A stretch of DNA of 61,382 bases, filler included, from Chiloscyllium plagiosum (lineage: Eukaryota), in the NCBI RefSeq assembly GCF_004010195.1. It is 3 parts of one record of this genome, joined end to end, with 100 filler letters (N's around TTAATTAATTAA, not from the genome) between each part and the next. Parts side by side here need not be neighbours in the genome. Positions count along the whole stretch, not along the records: positions 1 to 20,839 come from NC_057710.1; positions 20,940 to 39,705 come from NC_057710.1; 1 more part is not named here. The stretch is one strand, 5' to 3'. The notes beneath the pieces were generated by a model. It was not told the origin of the DNA. It did no database searches and saw nothing but the letters and a program-made list of their open reading frames with translations. Shown here piece by piece: positions 12,161 to 24,127 of the stretch. The translations under genes were made by a program, and so were the position numbers. The first letter of the stretch is position 1, and the number at the start of each line of letters is the position of its first letter.

Positions 12161-13784
12161 ACTTCTAAGATATTCTGTACCAGACTTTCAGCTTATATTA
12201 TTGTAGGGGGCAAAGTGTTAAACATGGATTATTTATATTGTACAACTTCTGTTGTGATTAGAATACCATGTATTGGCTTTACTTTTTAGAATGTATATTC
12301 AACCAAATGATTACTCCATTTATCAGTGTACAAACAGCAAGTTTCATAATTCGCAATGAAAGATTGTAATGATTTTCTGTCCTATCACATTCTGTAATGG
12401 AAAATTCTCTGACATGAAAGTTTCTGCCTTTTAAACAGTGGCTTCTTTTGATTAGTGAAAATAATGTAATTGTATCATAAACAAAGGGTGATGTTAATTT
12501 GGGTTCATGTAGACAATATTAATTTTCTTGAAGTTCTATTAACTGAAGTGAACAGCTAAAAAATCCCATTAAGGGCAAAAAGTAAACTATTTGACTATAA
12601 CATGTCTTCACCAATGGTCTTGCTTGTAAAACAAAGAGATAATAGGTTATCAGAGGTAAGTGGGAATGTGGATTTGAGGTTAGGATCATCCATGACCTTA
12701 ATGAATGGCACAGCAGCCTTAAAGGGCTTGCTCCTCGTTTGTGAGTATACCAAATCTTAGTATTGACCTCCTTTTACACTAAGACCCGTCGCCCTTCAAT
12801 AATTCTGGCAAGTTTATAGTTATTTTTAAAAAACTTGAGGATATATCAGGAGTGGTACCACAAGCACAAAAACAGTGCAATATAAAAGCCAATTCAAGAG
12901 CTTCACTGTTTTGAGAACAAGGCTAAACCCAAGGATAGTTTTAACTCAAAAAGCATTGCATAACAACAGTTGTGCAGCAGACAGCCGTTTTTGGTCTGGC
13001 AATCTTTAGTCCAAAATGCACAGCAGCATGTAGCATCATGGGATATTATATAAATGTGGTAAATTTGCAATCTCACAGAATTAAGTTTACCCTTCTTCAT
13101 CAGAAATATCAGACAACTGAAGATGACATATCCAATTGCACCAGACCCAGTTTTGCAGTCATGATGACAGCATAAAGACACAACGTGGCAACTGAAGGAA
13201 ATTCCAGGCAAATTGCTCATTACAACAAAGAGTTCAGGCGCCAGGAGATACAACCGAAAAGTAAGGAATTAAAATGGAAGTCAGCCAAAACATTTTTATG
13301 GAAACAGAACAGGAATAAGTTGGCAGTGAGGATCATTAAAATGGATAACATAAATTTTTCAAGAGAAAAGTGTTACTAGAGAGAGAAAAAAGTTAAAGAA
13401 TGTGATATGTATGTGGGATTCTGATCAAAGTACTCATTGGCCAGTATCTTCCCAAATAGTTGAAGGTAACTTTGGAGGTAGAAAACTAATAGAAAACCGT
13501 CTCAAAACTCAATGGAGGCGGGCAGGCGAACGACACAATTCAGGTCTCTATTATCTGCCATTTTCTGAGATTAATTCGATTTTTCAGCCATTACTCAGGC
13601 ACCTCCTCACAATGTGAAGCACCCTCCCACTAGCAGCTCATTGGGCCTTATAGGTATGGGGAGCTCATGCAATTTGATGGTCAGCAATGTGGATTCCTTG
13701 TAGCTCCCTTCTATAATGCTGAAATAGGTAGAGATCTGAAAATATCTTCAGAAACAGCTTTCCTAAACCTATAGAAGACATCCT

Positions 13785-14131
13785 TATCATAGAGCCCCTA
13801 CAGTGTGGAAACAAGCCATTTGGCCCAACTCCACACTGGCCCTCTGAAGCATATCCCACCCAGATCCATTCCCCTACTCTATAACTCTACATTTCCCCTG
13901 ACTAACACACCCAGCCTACATATCCTTGAACACTACAGGCAACTTAGCATGGCCAGTTCATCTCACCTACACAACTTTTGGACCGGGGAGGAAACCGGAG
14001 CACTGGAAGAAACCCACGTGGACATGGGGAGAATGTACAAACGCCACAGACGGTCATCCAAGGCTGGAATCGAACCCGAGTCCCTGGTGCAGTGAGGCAG
14101 CAGTACTAACCACTGAGCCACTGTGCCACCC
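13785..14131 (-). mobile_element. HE1/V-SINE
   Basis: tRNA-like head GGTGGCACAGTGGCTCAGTGGTTAG...GGGTTCGATTCC, V-domain, CR1-like tail. Confidence 0.9.
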
Positions 14132-14799
14132 TTGTGACAAGCTTTAAAAGTCAGAGTCTACAGTAAATGGTAAAAAAAACATTCAGACCTAGTATGGGAT
14201 ATGCAACAACAGCAGAATGTTTGGAACTCCCTGAAGCTGGAGCATTCTTCACTCCAAGGCAGTTACATGTTGCATTTAATGCAAATGGTCTGTTGGGGTG
14301 CTCCTGAGTCGAGATTTAGCTGAAGAGCAAACTGACATTGGACGTTCTGTGAATGATGTCGAATTCCTTGGTAATTGAAAACATTTGAAAAACAATGCAG
14401 TTTTATAGGTTGAAGGAAATACATGTACTTGCAGGTCATATCAAGCATCACCACCATAGCAAGTGGGCAGCTTGAGGCATAGAGTAAGGGAAAACAAAGG
14501 TCACAAAAGCAATTTAAAAATAAAGTGGTAGACCTAGGAACATCAAGAAGCCAAATTAAAGCCATAATGGGACATTTTAGAAACCCAAGCAGACAAGGAC
14601 TAATGCAAGAAGGAAGCTAGGAGACTATTGAGGCTGGAACCACATTACTTAAACTGTGGTAAAGATAGAAAGCATTTAGTTAAAACCATAGTCAGCAGGA
14701 CATGGCAGCAAATATAAATGTGACAGCAACAGGACTATGATTTAGAGTCACAGATCATTGAATCACCCTGTAAAATTGCCAAAGAAATGGGATTCATCT

Positions 14800-17010
14800 T
14801 ATAAAACTGCAAAGGTATGAGGCAATAACAAACTCTGATTAGAACAGAAATTGTTTGTTAAAGCCTCAGGGAGTGGGATTTACTAAGAAAAGTATTTATA
14901 GAAATAGGAATAATTTATTAAGGGTACAATTGGTGGAAATCACCCAGAGATGGTGGAAGAAAGATACAAAACTTCGATTTTACTCATGGAATGCAGGAAA
15001 CTTCCATTTTGACTTCAGAAATGTGGAAAAACCCTCAAGTACAGCATTGCAATGCTGCAAATTTAAAGTTTTTTATGCAAGAAGCTGAACAAATTAATAC
15101 ACCTCTGTATACAATAGCTGATGACTATAGTTGATGATGTAATCACTTTCCAAGGTGTAAAAGAAGCCACAAATATTTGTTAAGAAGCACCAAAAAACTT
15201 TGATAATTACTTTGGCCCTAAAACAAATAAAATTCTTGAAACAACAAGCTTTAACAGAAGGTTTAATGTACCCAGAGGAATCCATGGATGATACTAAACG
15301 TTATCTCTGCAGATTCATGGAAAAATGTGACTATGATGATTTAAAGTCCATATGAGACATAATCATTGTTGGAACTTCTATTTAGTCTTTGGTCAGATTT
15401 ACCACAGTCTAAATAACATTTGACTGTAGTTGAAGCCATACAGGTGATGAATGTAATCATAGACCAGGAACAACACAGATCAATTCTAAGAGGAGAAGAT
15501 CAACTTTATCACAGAAAATCAACAGAATCCATTCAACTTTTAAGATATAAAACCACAAAAACAGACGAGAAACTGCCCAGCAATTAGGACAGACACTAGA
15601 AACTAATAGTAATTGTTAGCACAGTGGAGCAAGAAACCCTCACAGGGACAAGCAGAGTCAAGCAACTTATTTTTTAAAATGCTTTATCTGTAAAACAATT
15701 GATAATTTCTAGACAGACTAGATGCAGGGAGCATATTTCTCTGGTTGAAAAGTATAGAGCCAGGGGACAGAGTCTGAGGATATGGAGTAGGTCATTTGGA
15801 CTGAGATGAGTAAACATTTCATTACACAAAGGATTGTGAACCTGTGGAATAGCTGTATAGGCCACGTCTCCAGATATATTCAGGAAAGAAATATATAAAC
15901 TTTTAAATTTTAAAGACAACAAGGAGTACAAGGAGAAAGTATGAATGTGGCCTTGAAATAAAGGATTAGCCATGATCATACTGAATGGTAGAACAGGCTT
16001 GAAGGGCACGTTGTAAAGTTTTTCATATTGCACTTATCAGGACAACTTGCAAGAAATAATAATACAAAGGAAAATCAACTGCTTAACAAGAAAGTACTGA
16101 TTGATTAGTGAGTGGATTCTGATTGGTAGATGCATTAGCATGGGAAATGACCCAATCAATGATGACTAACAGTTAACTGCTAAGCTTTATTTACATTTTC
16201 TATTGGGCAGGTTGACTGCTTGATCAAAGCACTGTCCTGAGAAATGAAACTAATGAGTGCAAGATGAAAAAGTTTGATAATTTTTTTTACTGATACTTAA
16301 ATAAATACTTTGGACTCATGCATTACATTGGGATTAGTCTTCAAAGGCTTAAATCTAATCCTTAAATGCTTCAAGAAAACTCAATGAAAAACCTTTTCTG
16401 CTGCTCTTGTTGAAAGAGGTTAATTTAAACAGGATTTCCATACCATACCTTATCAATCCACTGGCCAGTCCTAACTGGAAATTCTGAATGGGGCTCCTAA
16501 TTTGTCCAATACTAACCTTTGACAATATTCTTCACCAAAGAGGCAAGACAAAGTTGACAATCAATACAATACTGACAAATAATCCTGTGATAGGCCATCT
16601 GAAGTTGTCAAGGATTGTCTATGTTTGTGTTGCCAGTAACCAGCACACCATCTATTATCTTCGTTTTCTGCCTATTAATTTCAAAGATTCCAAGGATGCT
16701 ACAGAGCAGTAGTGATCTGTAATCAAAAGAAAATTTATCCTCGAAATAAAAACAAAAAGATTTGATTCCTATTTCCTTTTTACAAAAGAAATACAATGAT
16801 GAATCTTCACTTGGAAGATCTAAGGAATGTGTCCACTTGAAGAAAATCCAAACTGCTACATAAAAGACGCAATAGAAACCCATCATTTTCTAGATCAATG
16901 ATTTGAAAATTATTGGTATGTTACATCTTTTGGATAAAGAATTTTCAGGACAGAAGAGGTAACTTCAATGAAGACAACTTGACAGCAGAGTAGGAAAAAC
17001 TAAGGAAATG
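14800..17010 (+). mobile_element. Highly degenerate Gypsy LTR-retrotransposon internal region (gag, probable pol remnants)
   Basis: From 15275 the + strand reads EESMDDTKRYLCRFMEKCDYDDLKSI*DIIIVG, preceded by SFNRR and followed by LTVVEAIQ and a decayed zinc knuckle (KCFICK). This is typical of Gypsy gag. Confidence 0.6.
15700..16008 (+). mobile_element. CR1 LINE 3' fragment
   Basis: agagccaggggacagagtctgagg...ttgtgaacctgtggaat and 3'UTR gccatgatcatactgaatgg. Confidence 0.8.
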
Positions 17011-18353
17011 ATTATGGCTGATAACTTTGTTTTAAAAATTTGCTTTGCTCAAGTGCTTGTCATGCAACAATTCTTCAGAGCACAGTGCAACATCTGACAA
17101 TAAAGTGAATGCTGACAGAGGCAAAGCAAAGGATGGAACAACATACACATGTACAGTACACTAATTCTATGCAAGAATAATTAACCAAAAGAAATTTCAA
17201 ATGACACATCTATAAGTCATCAGAATTTAAATGAGAATCTAAATTAGCTGATGACATAAAGATAGGTAGGAAAGCGAGTTGTGAAGAGGGCTTAAGGAGC
17301 CCATGAAGAGATAGATTGGTTAGGCAACTGAGCAAAGATCTAGAAAATGGAATACAACGTGGGAAAATGAAAAGAAGGTGCAAAACCTGACCTACTCTTA
17401 GGAAATAAGGAGGGCAGGTGACTGAGGTGTCAGTGGGGGAGCACTTTGGGGCCAGTGACCATAATTCTATTAGTTTTAAAATAGTGATAGAATAGGATAG
17501 ACAGGATCTAAAAGTTAAATTCTAAATTCAACTAAATTGGAGGAAGGCTACTTTTGACAGCATTAGGTCAGAACTTTCAAAAGCTGATTGGAGGCAGATG
17601 TTCGCAGGTAAAGGATGACTGAAAATGGGAAGCCTTCAAAAATGAGAGTCCAGAGACGTTGTATTCCTGTTAGGGTGAAAGGCAAGGCTGGTATGTGCAG
17701 GGAATGCAAGATGACTAGAGAAATTAAGATTTTGGTTAAGAAAAAGAAGGAAGCATATGTTAGTTATAGACAGCAGTGTTCAAGTGAATCTTAAGAAGAG
17801 CATTAAGGCAGTAGTAGTATACTTAAAGAGGGAAATCAGAAGGGCAAAAAGGGGACATGAGTTAGTTTTGGCAAATAGGGTTAAGGAAAATCCAAAGGGA
17901 TTTTATAAATACAAATAAGAAGGTAACTAGGGATAGAATAGGGCCCCTCAAAGATCATCAAGGCAGCCTATGTGTGGAGCCGCAGGAGATGTGAGAGATA
18001 CTAAACGAGTATTTTGCATCAGTGTTTGCCGTGGAGAAGGGCATGGAAGATATAGAATGTGAGGATATCTTAAAAAAGTGTCCATATTACAGAGGAGGTG
18101 GTGCTGGGTGTCTTGAAACGCATAAAAGTGAATAACTCCCCAACAGCTGATCAGGTGCACTCTAGAACTCTGTGGAAAGCTCGGGAAGTAATTGCAGGGA
18201 TATTGTTGTTGGGATATTTATATCATCAGTAGTCACAGGTGAGGTGCCAGAAGACTGGAGGTTGGCTAATGTTGGGCCATTATTTAAGAAAGGTGGTAAG
18301 GAAAAGCCAGGAAATTATAGATCAGTGAGCCTGACATCAGTGGTGGGCAAGTT

Positions 18354-18905
18354 CACAGAATCATAGAATCCCTACAGTGTGGAAACAGGCCCTTCGGTCC
18401 AACTAGTCTGCATCGACCCTCTGAAGAGTGACCCATTCACCTAGAGTCATAGAGATGTACAGCATGGAAACAGACCCTTTGGTCTAACCTGTCCATGCCG
18501 ATCAGATATCCCAACCCAATCTAGTCCCACCTGGCAGCACCCAGCCCATATCCCTCCAAAACCTTCCTATTCATATAACCATCCAAATGCCTCTTAAATG
18601 TTGCAATTGTACCAGCCTCCACCACTTCCTCTGGCAGCGATTCCACCTACCCCATTACACTACATTTTAACCCTGACTAATGCACCAAACCTGATTACTA
18701 TGGGCAATGTAGCATGGCCAATTCACCTAACCTGTGGACCTTTGGATTTGGATTGTGGGAGGAAACTGGAGCACCCAGAGGAAACCCAAGCATACAAGGA
18801 AAGAATGTGCAAACTCCACACAGACAGTTGTCCGAGACTGGAATCGAACCCGAGTCCCTGGCGCTGTGAGGCAGCAGTGCTAACACTGAGCCACTGTGCC
18901 ACCCA
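18354..18905 (-). mobile_element. HE1/V-SINE interrupted by a CR1 3' tail (18441-18638)
   Basis: SINE head at about 18835-18905, V-domain, and tail at 18354-18440. Confidence 0.85.
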
Positions 18906-18981
18906 TAATTACAGAGGAGTTGTTGGAGGGAATCCTGAGGGACAGGATTTACATGTATTTGGAAAGGCAAGGATGGATTAA

Positions 18982-19103
18982 GGAAGGGCTAATGCCCGAA
19001 ACGTCGATTCTCCTGCTCCTTGGATGCTGCCTGACCTGCTGCGCTTTTCCAGCAACACATTTTCAGCTCTGATCTCCAGCATCTGCAGTCCTCACTTTCT
19101 CCT
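18982..19103 (+). mobile_element. Single-arm PLE 3'-end derivative (MER6-like)
   Basis: gaagggctaatgcccgaaacgtcgattctcc...ctcactttctcc, nearly identical to the arms at 3331 and 44470. Confidence 0.85.
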
Positions 19104-20091
19104 TTACAAGGATGTTGCCAGGGTTGGAGGATTTGAGCTATAGGGAGAGGCTGAACAGGCTGTGATTATTTTCCCTGAGAGTCAGAGGCTGAGGGGTGAC
19201 CTTATAAGAGGTTTACATAATTATGACAGGCTAAGGGGTGGGGGAATCCAGAACTAGAGGGCATAGGTTTAGGGTGAGAGGGGAAAGATATAAAAGGGAC
19301 CTAAGGGGCAACTTTTTCACACAGAGGGTGGTGCGTGTATGGAATGAGCTGCCAGAGGAAGTGGTAGAGGCTGGTACAATTGCAACATTTAAGAGGCATT
19401 TGAATGGGTATATGAATAGGAAGAGTTGAGAAGGATATGGACCAAGTGCTGGCAAATGTGTCTGGATTAGGTTAGGACATCTGGTCAGCATGGACAGGTT
19501 GGACCAAAGGGTCTGTTTCTGTGCTGTACATCTCTATGACTCTAAAACATTTCAGCCAAATGATGAGAGTTGTAGAGCTCTTAGATAGAGAGATCTGAGT
19601 GTCCTAGAAGGTTAGTATGCAGGTGCAGCTAGTAATCAGGAATGAGAACAGAATGTTATAGCCTACTGTGAGGAGAATTGAATGCAAGAGTAGACAGGCT
19701 CTGCCTGAATTACACAGGGCCATTGGTGAGACCGCATCTGAAGTACTCTGTACAATACTGGTCACCATTTGTAGGAAAGGATATTAATATATTGGAAGCA
19801 GTTCACAGAAGGTTTACTGGACTAATACTTGGAATGAGTGAATGAAGACCAGACATGCTAAGCCTGTATCTTTTGGAGTTTAGAAGAGTCAGAAGTGACT
19901 TAATTGACAATATAAGATCCTGTGGGGATTTGACTGGATGGCTATCAAAAGGATATTTCCTCTTGTGGGAGAATCTAGGACTAAGAGTCATAAATAAGGG
20001 CTCGCCCATTAAAGATAAAGATGAGGAAAATGTTTTTCTCAAAGAAGGTTGAGAGCGTTTGGAATTCCTTTCCAAAAAAGGCAGTGATGAT

Positions 20092-20212
20092 TGAAGTCTG
20101 AAATAAAAACAGAAGGTGTTAGGAAAACTCAACAAATCTGGTTGCACTTGTGAAAAGATAAACAGAGTTAATGTTTTGAGTCCGATATGACTCTTCTTCA
20201 AAACTGAAAGGC
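20092..20212 (-). mobile_element. PLE 3'-end derivative, related subfamily
   Basis: Reverse complement ttgaagaagagtcatatcggactcaaaacattaactc is a decayed hammerhead followed by a PLE-type tail. Confidence 0.6.
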
Positions 20213-20509
20213 ACTGTAAGAAAATCCCACAGTGGAACAATCCTACAGCAGTATTTTGAGACACACATCTTGGATTCAACATTCACAACATACATTCCAG
20301 TCTTTCCATGCCTGAAATATTTGTTAGGTTTCTCAACATCTGTTTCTGCAGTTTAGCTAAAAGTAGAATGTTACAGAAGATTGAGAAACTTGTAAACATG
20401 GTTGAGTTGAAGAACTAGTAATTCCAGCGTGAGTTACTAAAGGTAAGTGCGGGAGCTGAAATGCCTGCCCTAATGAAAGTATGCCCCTGCAATCATTGAC
20501 TCCCTAAAG

Positions 20510-21683
20510 AAATCATAGAGTCAGAGAGAAGTACAGCATGGAAACAGACCCTCCGGTCCAACCCGTCCATGCTGACCAGATATCCCAACCCAATCTAGTC
20601 CCACCTGCCAGCACCCGGCCCATATCCCTCCAAACCCTTCCTATTCATATGTCCATCCAAATGCCTCTTAAATGTTGCAATTGTATCAGCCTCCACCACA
20701 TTCTTTGGCAGCTTATTCCATACACGTACCACCCTCTGCGTGGAAAAGGTGCCCCTTAGGTTTCTTTTATATCTTTCCCCTCTCACCCTAAACCTATGCC
20801 CTCTAGTTCTGGACTCCCCAACCCCAGGGAAAAGACTTTNNNNNNNNNNNNNNNNNNNNNNNNNNNNNNNNNNNNNNNNNNNNTTAATTAATTAANNNNN
20901 NNNNNNNNNNNNNNNNNNNNNNNNNNNNNNNNNNNNNNNCTCCAATCCGCAGGAACTGATCCCGAATCTATCGAACTCTGGCAAATAATCACCTTTGCAT
21001 CCACGATTTCTCGAGCTACCTCTTCAGTACCCTGGGATGTAGACCATCAGGCCCCGGGGACTTATCAACCTTCAGACCTAATAGTCTCTCTAACACCAAT
21101 TCCTGGCAAATATAAATTCCCTTAAGTTCAGGTCCTTCAGCCACTGTTACTTGTGGGAGATTGCTTGTGTCTTCCCCAGTGAACACAGCTCTGAAGTACC
21201 AATTCAACTCTTCTGCCATTTCTTTGTTCCCCGTAATATATTCCCCTGTTTCTGTCTTCAAGGGCCCAATTTTAGTCTTAACCATTTTTTTGCCTTTCAC
21301 ATACTAAAAAAGCTTTTACTATCCTCCTTTATATTTTTGGCCAGTTTACCTTCCTATCTCATTTTTTCTCTGCGTATTTCCTTCTTAGTAATCCTCTGTT
21401 GTTCTTTAAAAGCTTCCCAGTCCTCCGTTTTCCCACTCATCTTTGCTATGTTATACTTTTTCTCTTTTGACTTTATATGTTTCTTAACATCCCTCGTCAG
21501 CCACAGCCACCCCTGCCTCCACATAGGATCTTTCTTCCTTTTTGGAATGAACTGATCCTGCATCTTCTGCATTGTACCCAGAAATATCTGCCATTGTTCC
21601 TCCATTGTCATCCCTGCTAAGGTATTGCACCATTGAACTTTGGCCAGCTCCTCCCTCACAGCTCCATAGTTCCCTTTATCCAT
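20510..21683 (-). mobile_element. CR1 LINE fragments spanning a 100-bp gap
   Basis: ORFs 21354-21683, 21016-21300 (KSPGPDGLHPRVLK) and 20595-20786, plus the 3' tail. Confidence 0.9.
20840..20939. other. Artificial 100-bp gap (N44-TTAATTAATTAA-N44); the same at 39706-39805, and a plain N gap at 44754-45678
   Basis: Identical six-frame stop spacer embedded in Ns. Confidence 0.97.
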
Positions 21684-22749
21684 CTGAGTTACTGATAGAA
21701 TGACATGGATTGTTTTTATGATGACATAACTTGAAAAATTTTATTCCTGCACAAGAATCCCAGTTGCAATGAGCAAGAAATTTCTGAAAGGAAGGTAATG
21801 ACTTTTAAGTGAGGATTAACAATGGAATGTACAATGGAGGGAATTTCAGATTGCTCGATGACTGAAAAATCTCATAATTTATGTCCTTTTTCAGGAGACC
21901 TGAAGGATAGAAATATGTGCGGCACATTAGGGGAAGGATAATGACACCATACAAGCTGCTTCATTAATGGATACTGACCCCTTGTGCAAACAGGATGCAA
22001 AGTGAACACTAATGACTGTATCAAGATCCTGTATGTTTAATTTTAATTGCCATCTGTAAAGCTCAATGGATTTAATTTCCAAACGCCTTTTAATTCGGTT
22101 TACCATGAAAAGAATACCGTTGCTTTATATGTGGGGACACAGACAAATTCCTAACCTCTAATGCCATATGAAAGCAATTTATGCATTCATGATTTTCTGT
22201 TATGACGCTTAACAAGCTGGTAGCAATTTCTTTGCTTTCTTGTGCTGTTCTTAAATAATATCAAATTGTGATCCATTTTTATTACCATAAATGATCACAA
22301 CTGAACCCATTTTTATTGTTTGGCTGTCTTCAGGCTATCGGGTGCAGGTGTTTTAAATAAAAGCGGCACTGAATCTGACTACATAAAATCGCAGCTGGTG
22401 TTTCCGTGAGTGTAACCCAATTTCCCTTTCACCCTACTGGAATGCACAAGTCATAAATTATACGCTTATTTACCATTATTACTTTTCAGTAAAACTTGCA
22501 ATCTACCACTACACAGAAGCTGACATTGTATTTGGAAGCACCAAGATTGTTTGAAAGGCATATTCCAGATCACTCCAGGCAATGTATATACTAGGCATTT
22601 CAGCTTATTAGAGTGAACTGTATTGACATATATAATTCTTATAGTATAAACAAAGAGCACAGATGCTTTTGCTAGGTATTTTCTTTTTGTTCCAAGTGTC
22701 AATTAATCGTTCCATTCCTCCCTATGCTGTCTATATTTGATCTCCTAAG

Positions 22750-23375
22750 TTTGAGTTCCTGGCCTCGTTCGCTTTCACTTACTTTTCTTTTTTTTTAATT
22801 TTACTTTTCTTTTTTTCCCCTTTCTCTTTGAAGTCTTTTACTTCGGCAAGGCATCATTGACAGGCCCTGCCCGACCATGTTCCAGAACCTGGTGACTGGA
22901 GACTTCGAGCAAGCCCTGCAATGTTCTGGGACCTGGTGATCAGCAGCTGTGAGCGGGCTCTGCAATATTCTGGAACCTGGCGATTGGAGCTGGGAGTGGG
23001 CCCTGCAATGTTCTGGGACTCACACCAGTGCCTACATGGAGATAAAACTTAAATAAGACTCTAGCATCTGGATGTTTTTCATTCCGTTTGGCTTTGTATC
23101 TATTATTTCTCAAGTGTGTGGTGCTGGAAAAGCACAGCGTCCAAAGAACAGCAAAATCGACGTTTCAGGCATAAACCGTTCATCCCAATTCACTCTCGAC
23201 TCTGATCTCCAGCATCTGCAGTCTTCACTTTCTCCTTTCTTTTATTTCTGCTGATTTTTTTTTATAAGCAAGTGTGTAACCAAGATGGGCACCAGAGAAT
23301 GGTAATTAATACACTTTTCACTGTGTTCCTATAATTCAGTGCATGTGACAATAAAGTCTATCTTAAATCTAATTC
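22750..23375 (+). mobile_element. Candidate non-autonomous retroelement with ~43-bp tandem repeats and a Rex1-like 3' tail
   Basis: About 3.5 copies of ccctgcaatgttctgggacctggtga... at 22873-23019. The 3' end cacttttcactgtg...gtgcatgtgacaataaa resembles the tail of the Rex1-like LINE at 28318-28390. Confidence 0.55.
23111..23237. mobile_element. Internally deleted palindromic PLE derivative
   Basis: MER6-like arms. TSD tctattatttct / tcttttatttct at 23099-23110 and 23238-23249. Confidence 0.75.
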
Positions 23376-23642
23376 AGCACAAGCTTTAAAAATAATATCT
23401 TTTCTCCTGGTCACTCTGCAGCCATCTGGTCTGAACAGTGACATTGGTAACTTCACATCTTAACTATAATTGATTTCTCTTTATGGCAGTGGCTGATGCA
23501 ATGTGATGAGGATTTGTTGGTGTCCATGATCAGTAAATGTCACCCAGGAGTTAGTGATCCAGTTTATCAGCACATAGTATTATTAGGGCCTTATTGTAGA
23601 TCCTATTTTTTTGCTTTGTTGCTTTTTTGATCTTTATTTAAT

Positions 23643-23936
23643 TTAGATTAGATTACTTACAGTGTGGAAACAGGCCCTTTCCGAAGAGCAACCCACCCAG
23701 ACCCATACCCCTACATTTACCCCTTCACCTAACACTACGGGCAATTTAGCATGGCCAATTCACCTAACCTGCACATTTTTGGACTGTGGGAGGAAACCGG
23801 AGCACCTGGAGGAGACCCACGCAGACACAGGGAGAATGTGCAAACTCCACACAGACAGTTGCCTGAGGCAGGAATTGAACCCAGGTCTCTGGTGCTATGA
23901 GGCAGCAGTGCTAACCACTGTGCCACAATGCCGCCC
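23643..23936 (-). mobile_element. HE1/V-SINE
   Basis: Head GGGCGGCATTGTGGCACAGTGGTTAGC, V-domain, (taatc)n tail. Confidence 0.92.
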
Positions 23937-24127
23937 ATTAAACAAAGGAAAAGCATATTTTTATTTTACACACATACATGAAACCGAGTTTTGTCTTTAC
24001 GCCACTTAATTCTTTCAACAATTTTGATAATTCTATATTTTCAGTGTTACCTTATTGATATCTTTTTTAAAATCACATTCCTATTTTCTATTCCGAAGTT
24101 TGCAGCTAAAGCATCTTTTAAAATATT

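Larger units (their letters stand above)
17376..19543 (+). mobile_element. CR1 LINE (ORF2 remnants) with nested insertions, itself inside an older CR1 (17240-17375 and 19545-20090)
   Basis: GEVPEDWRLANVGPLFKKGGKEKPGNYRSVSLTSVVGK, GESRTRGHRFRVRGERY, and tail ctctatgactcta. Confidence 0.9.

Noticed and set aside
12840..13400. Possible integrase-like remnant or short ORFs
   Set aside because: Too degenerate to support a call by eye.
20884..20895. TTAATTAATTAA palindrome inside Ns (also 39750-39761)
   Set aside because: Artificial scaffold spacer with stops in all six frames; not biological.
22873..23019. Repeat-spacer-like array
   Set aside because: Contiguous diverged tandem units in eukaryotic DNA with no unique spacers or cas genes; not CRISPR.
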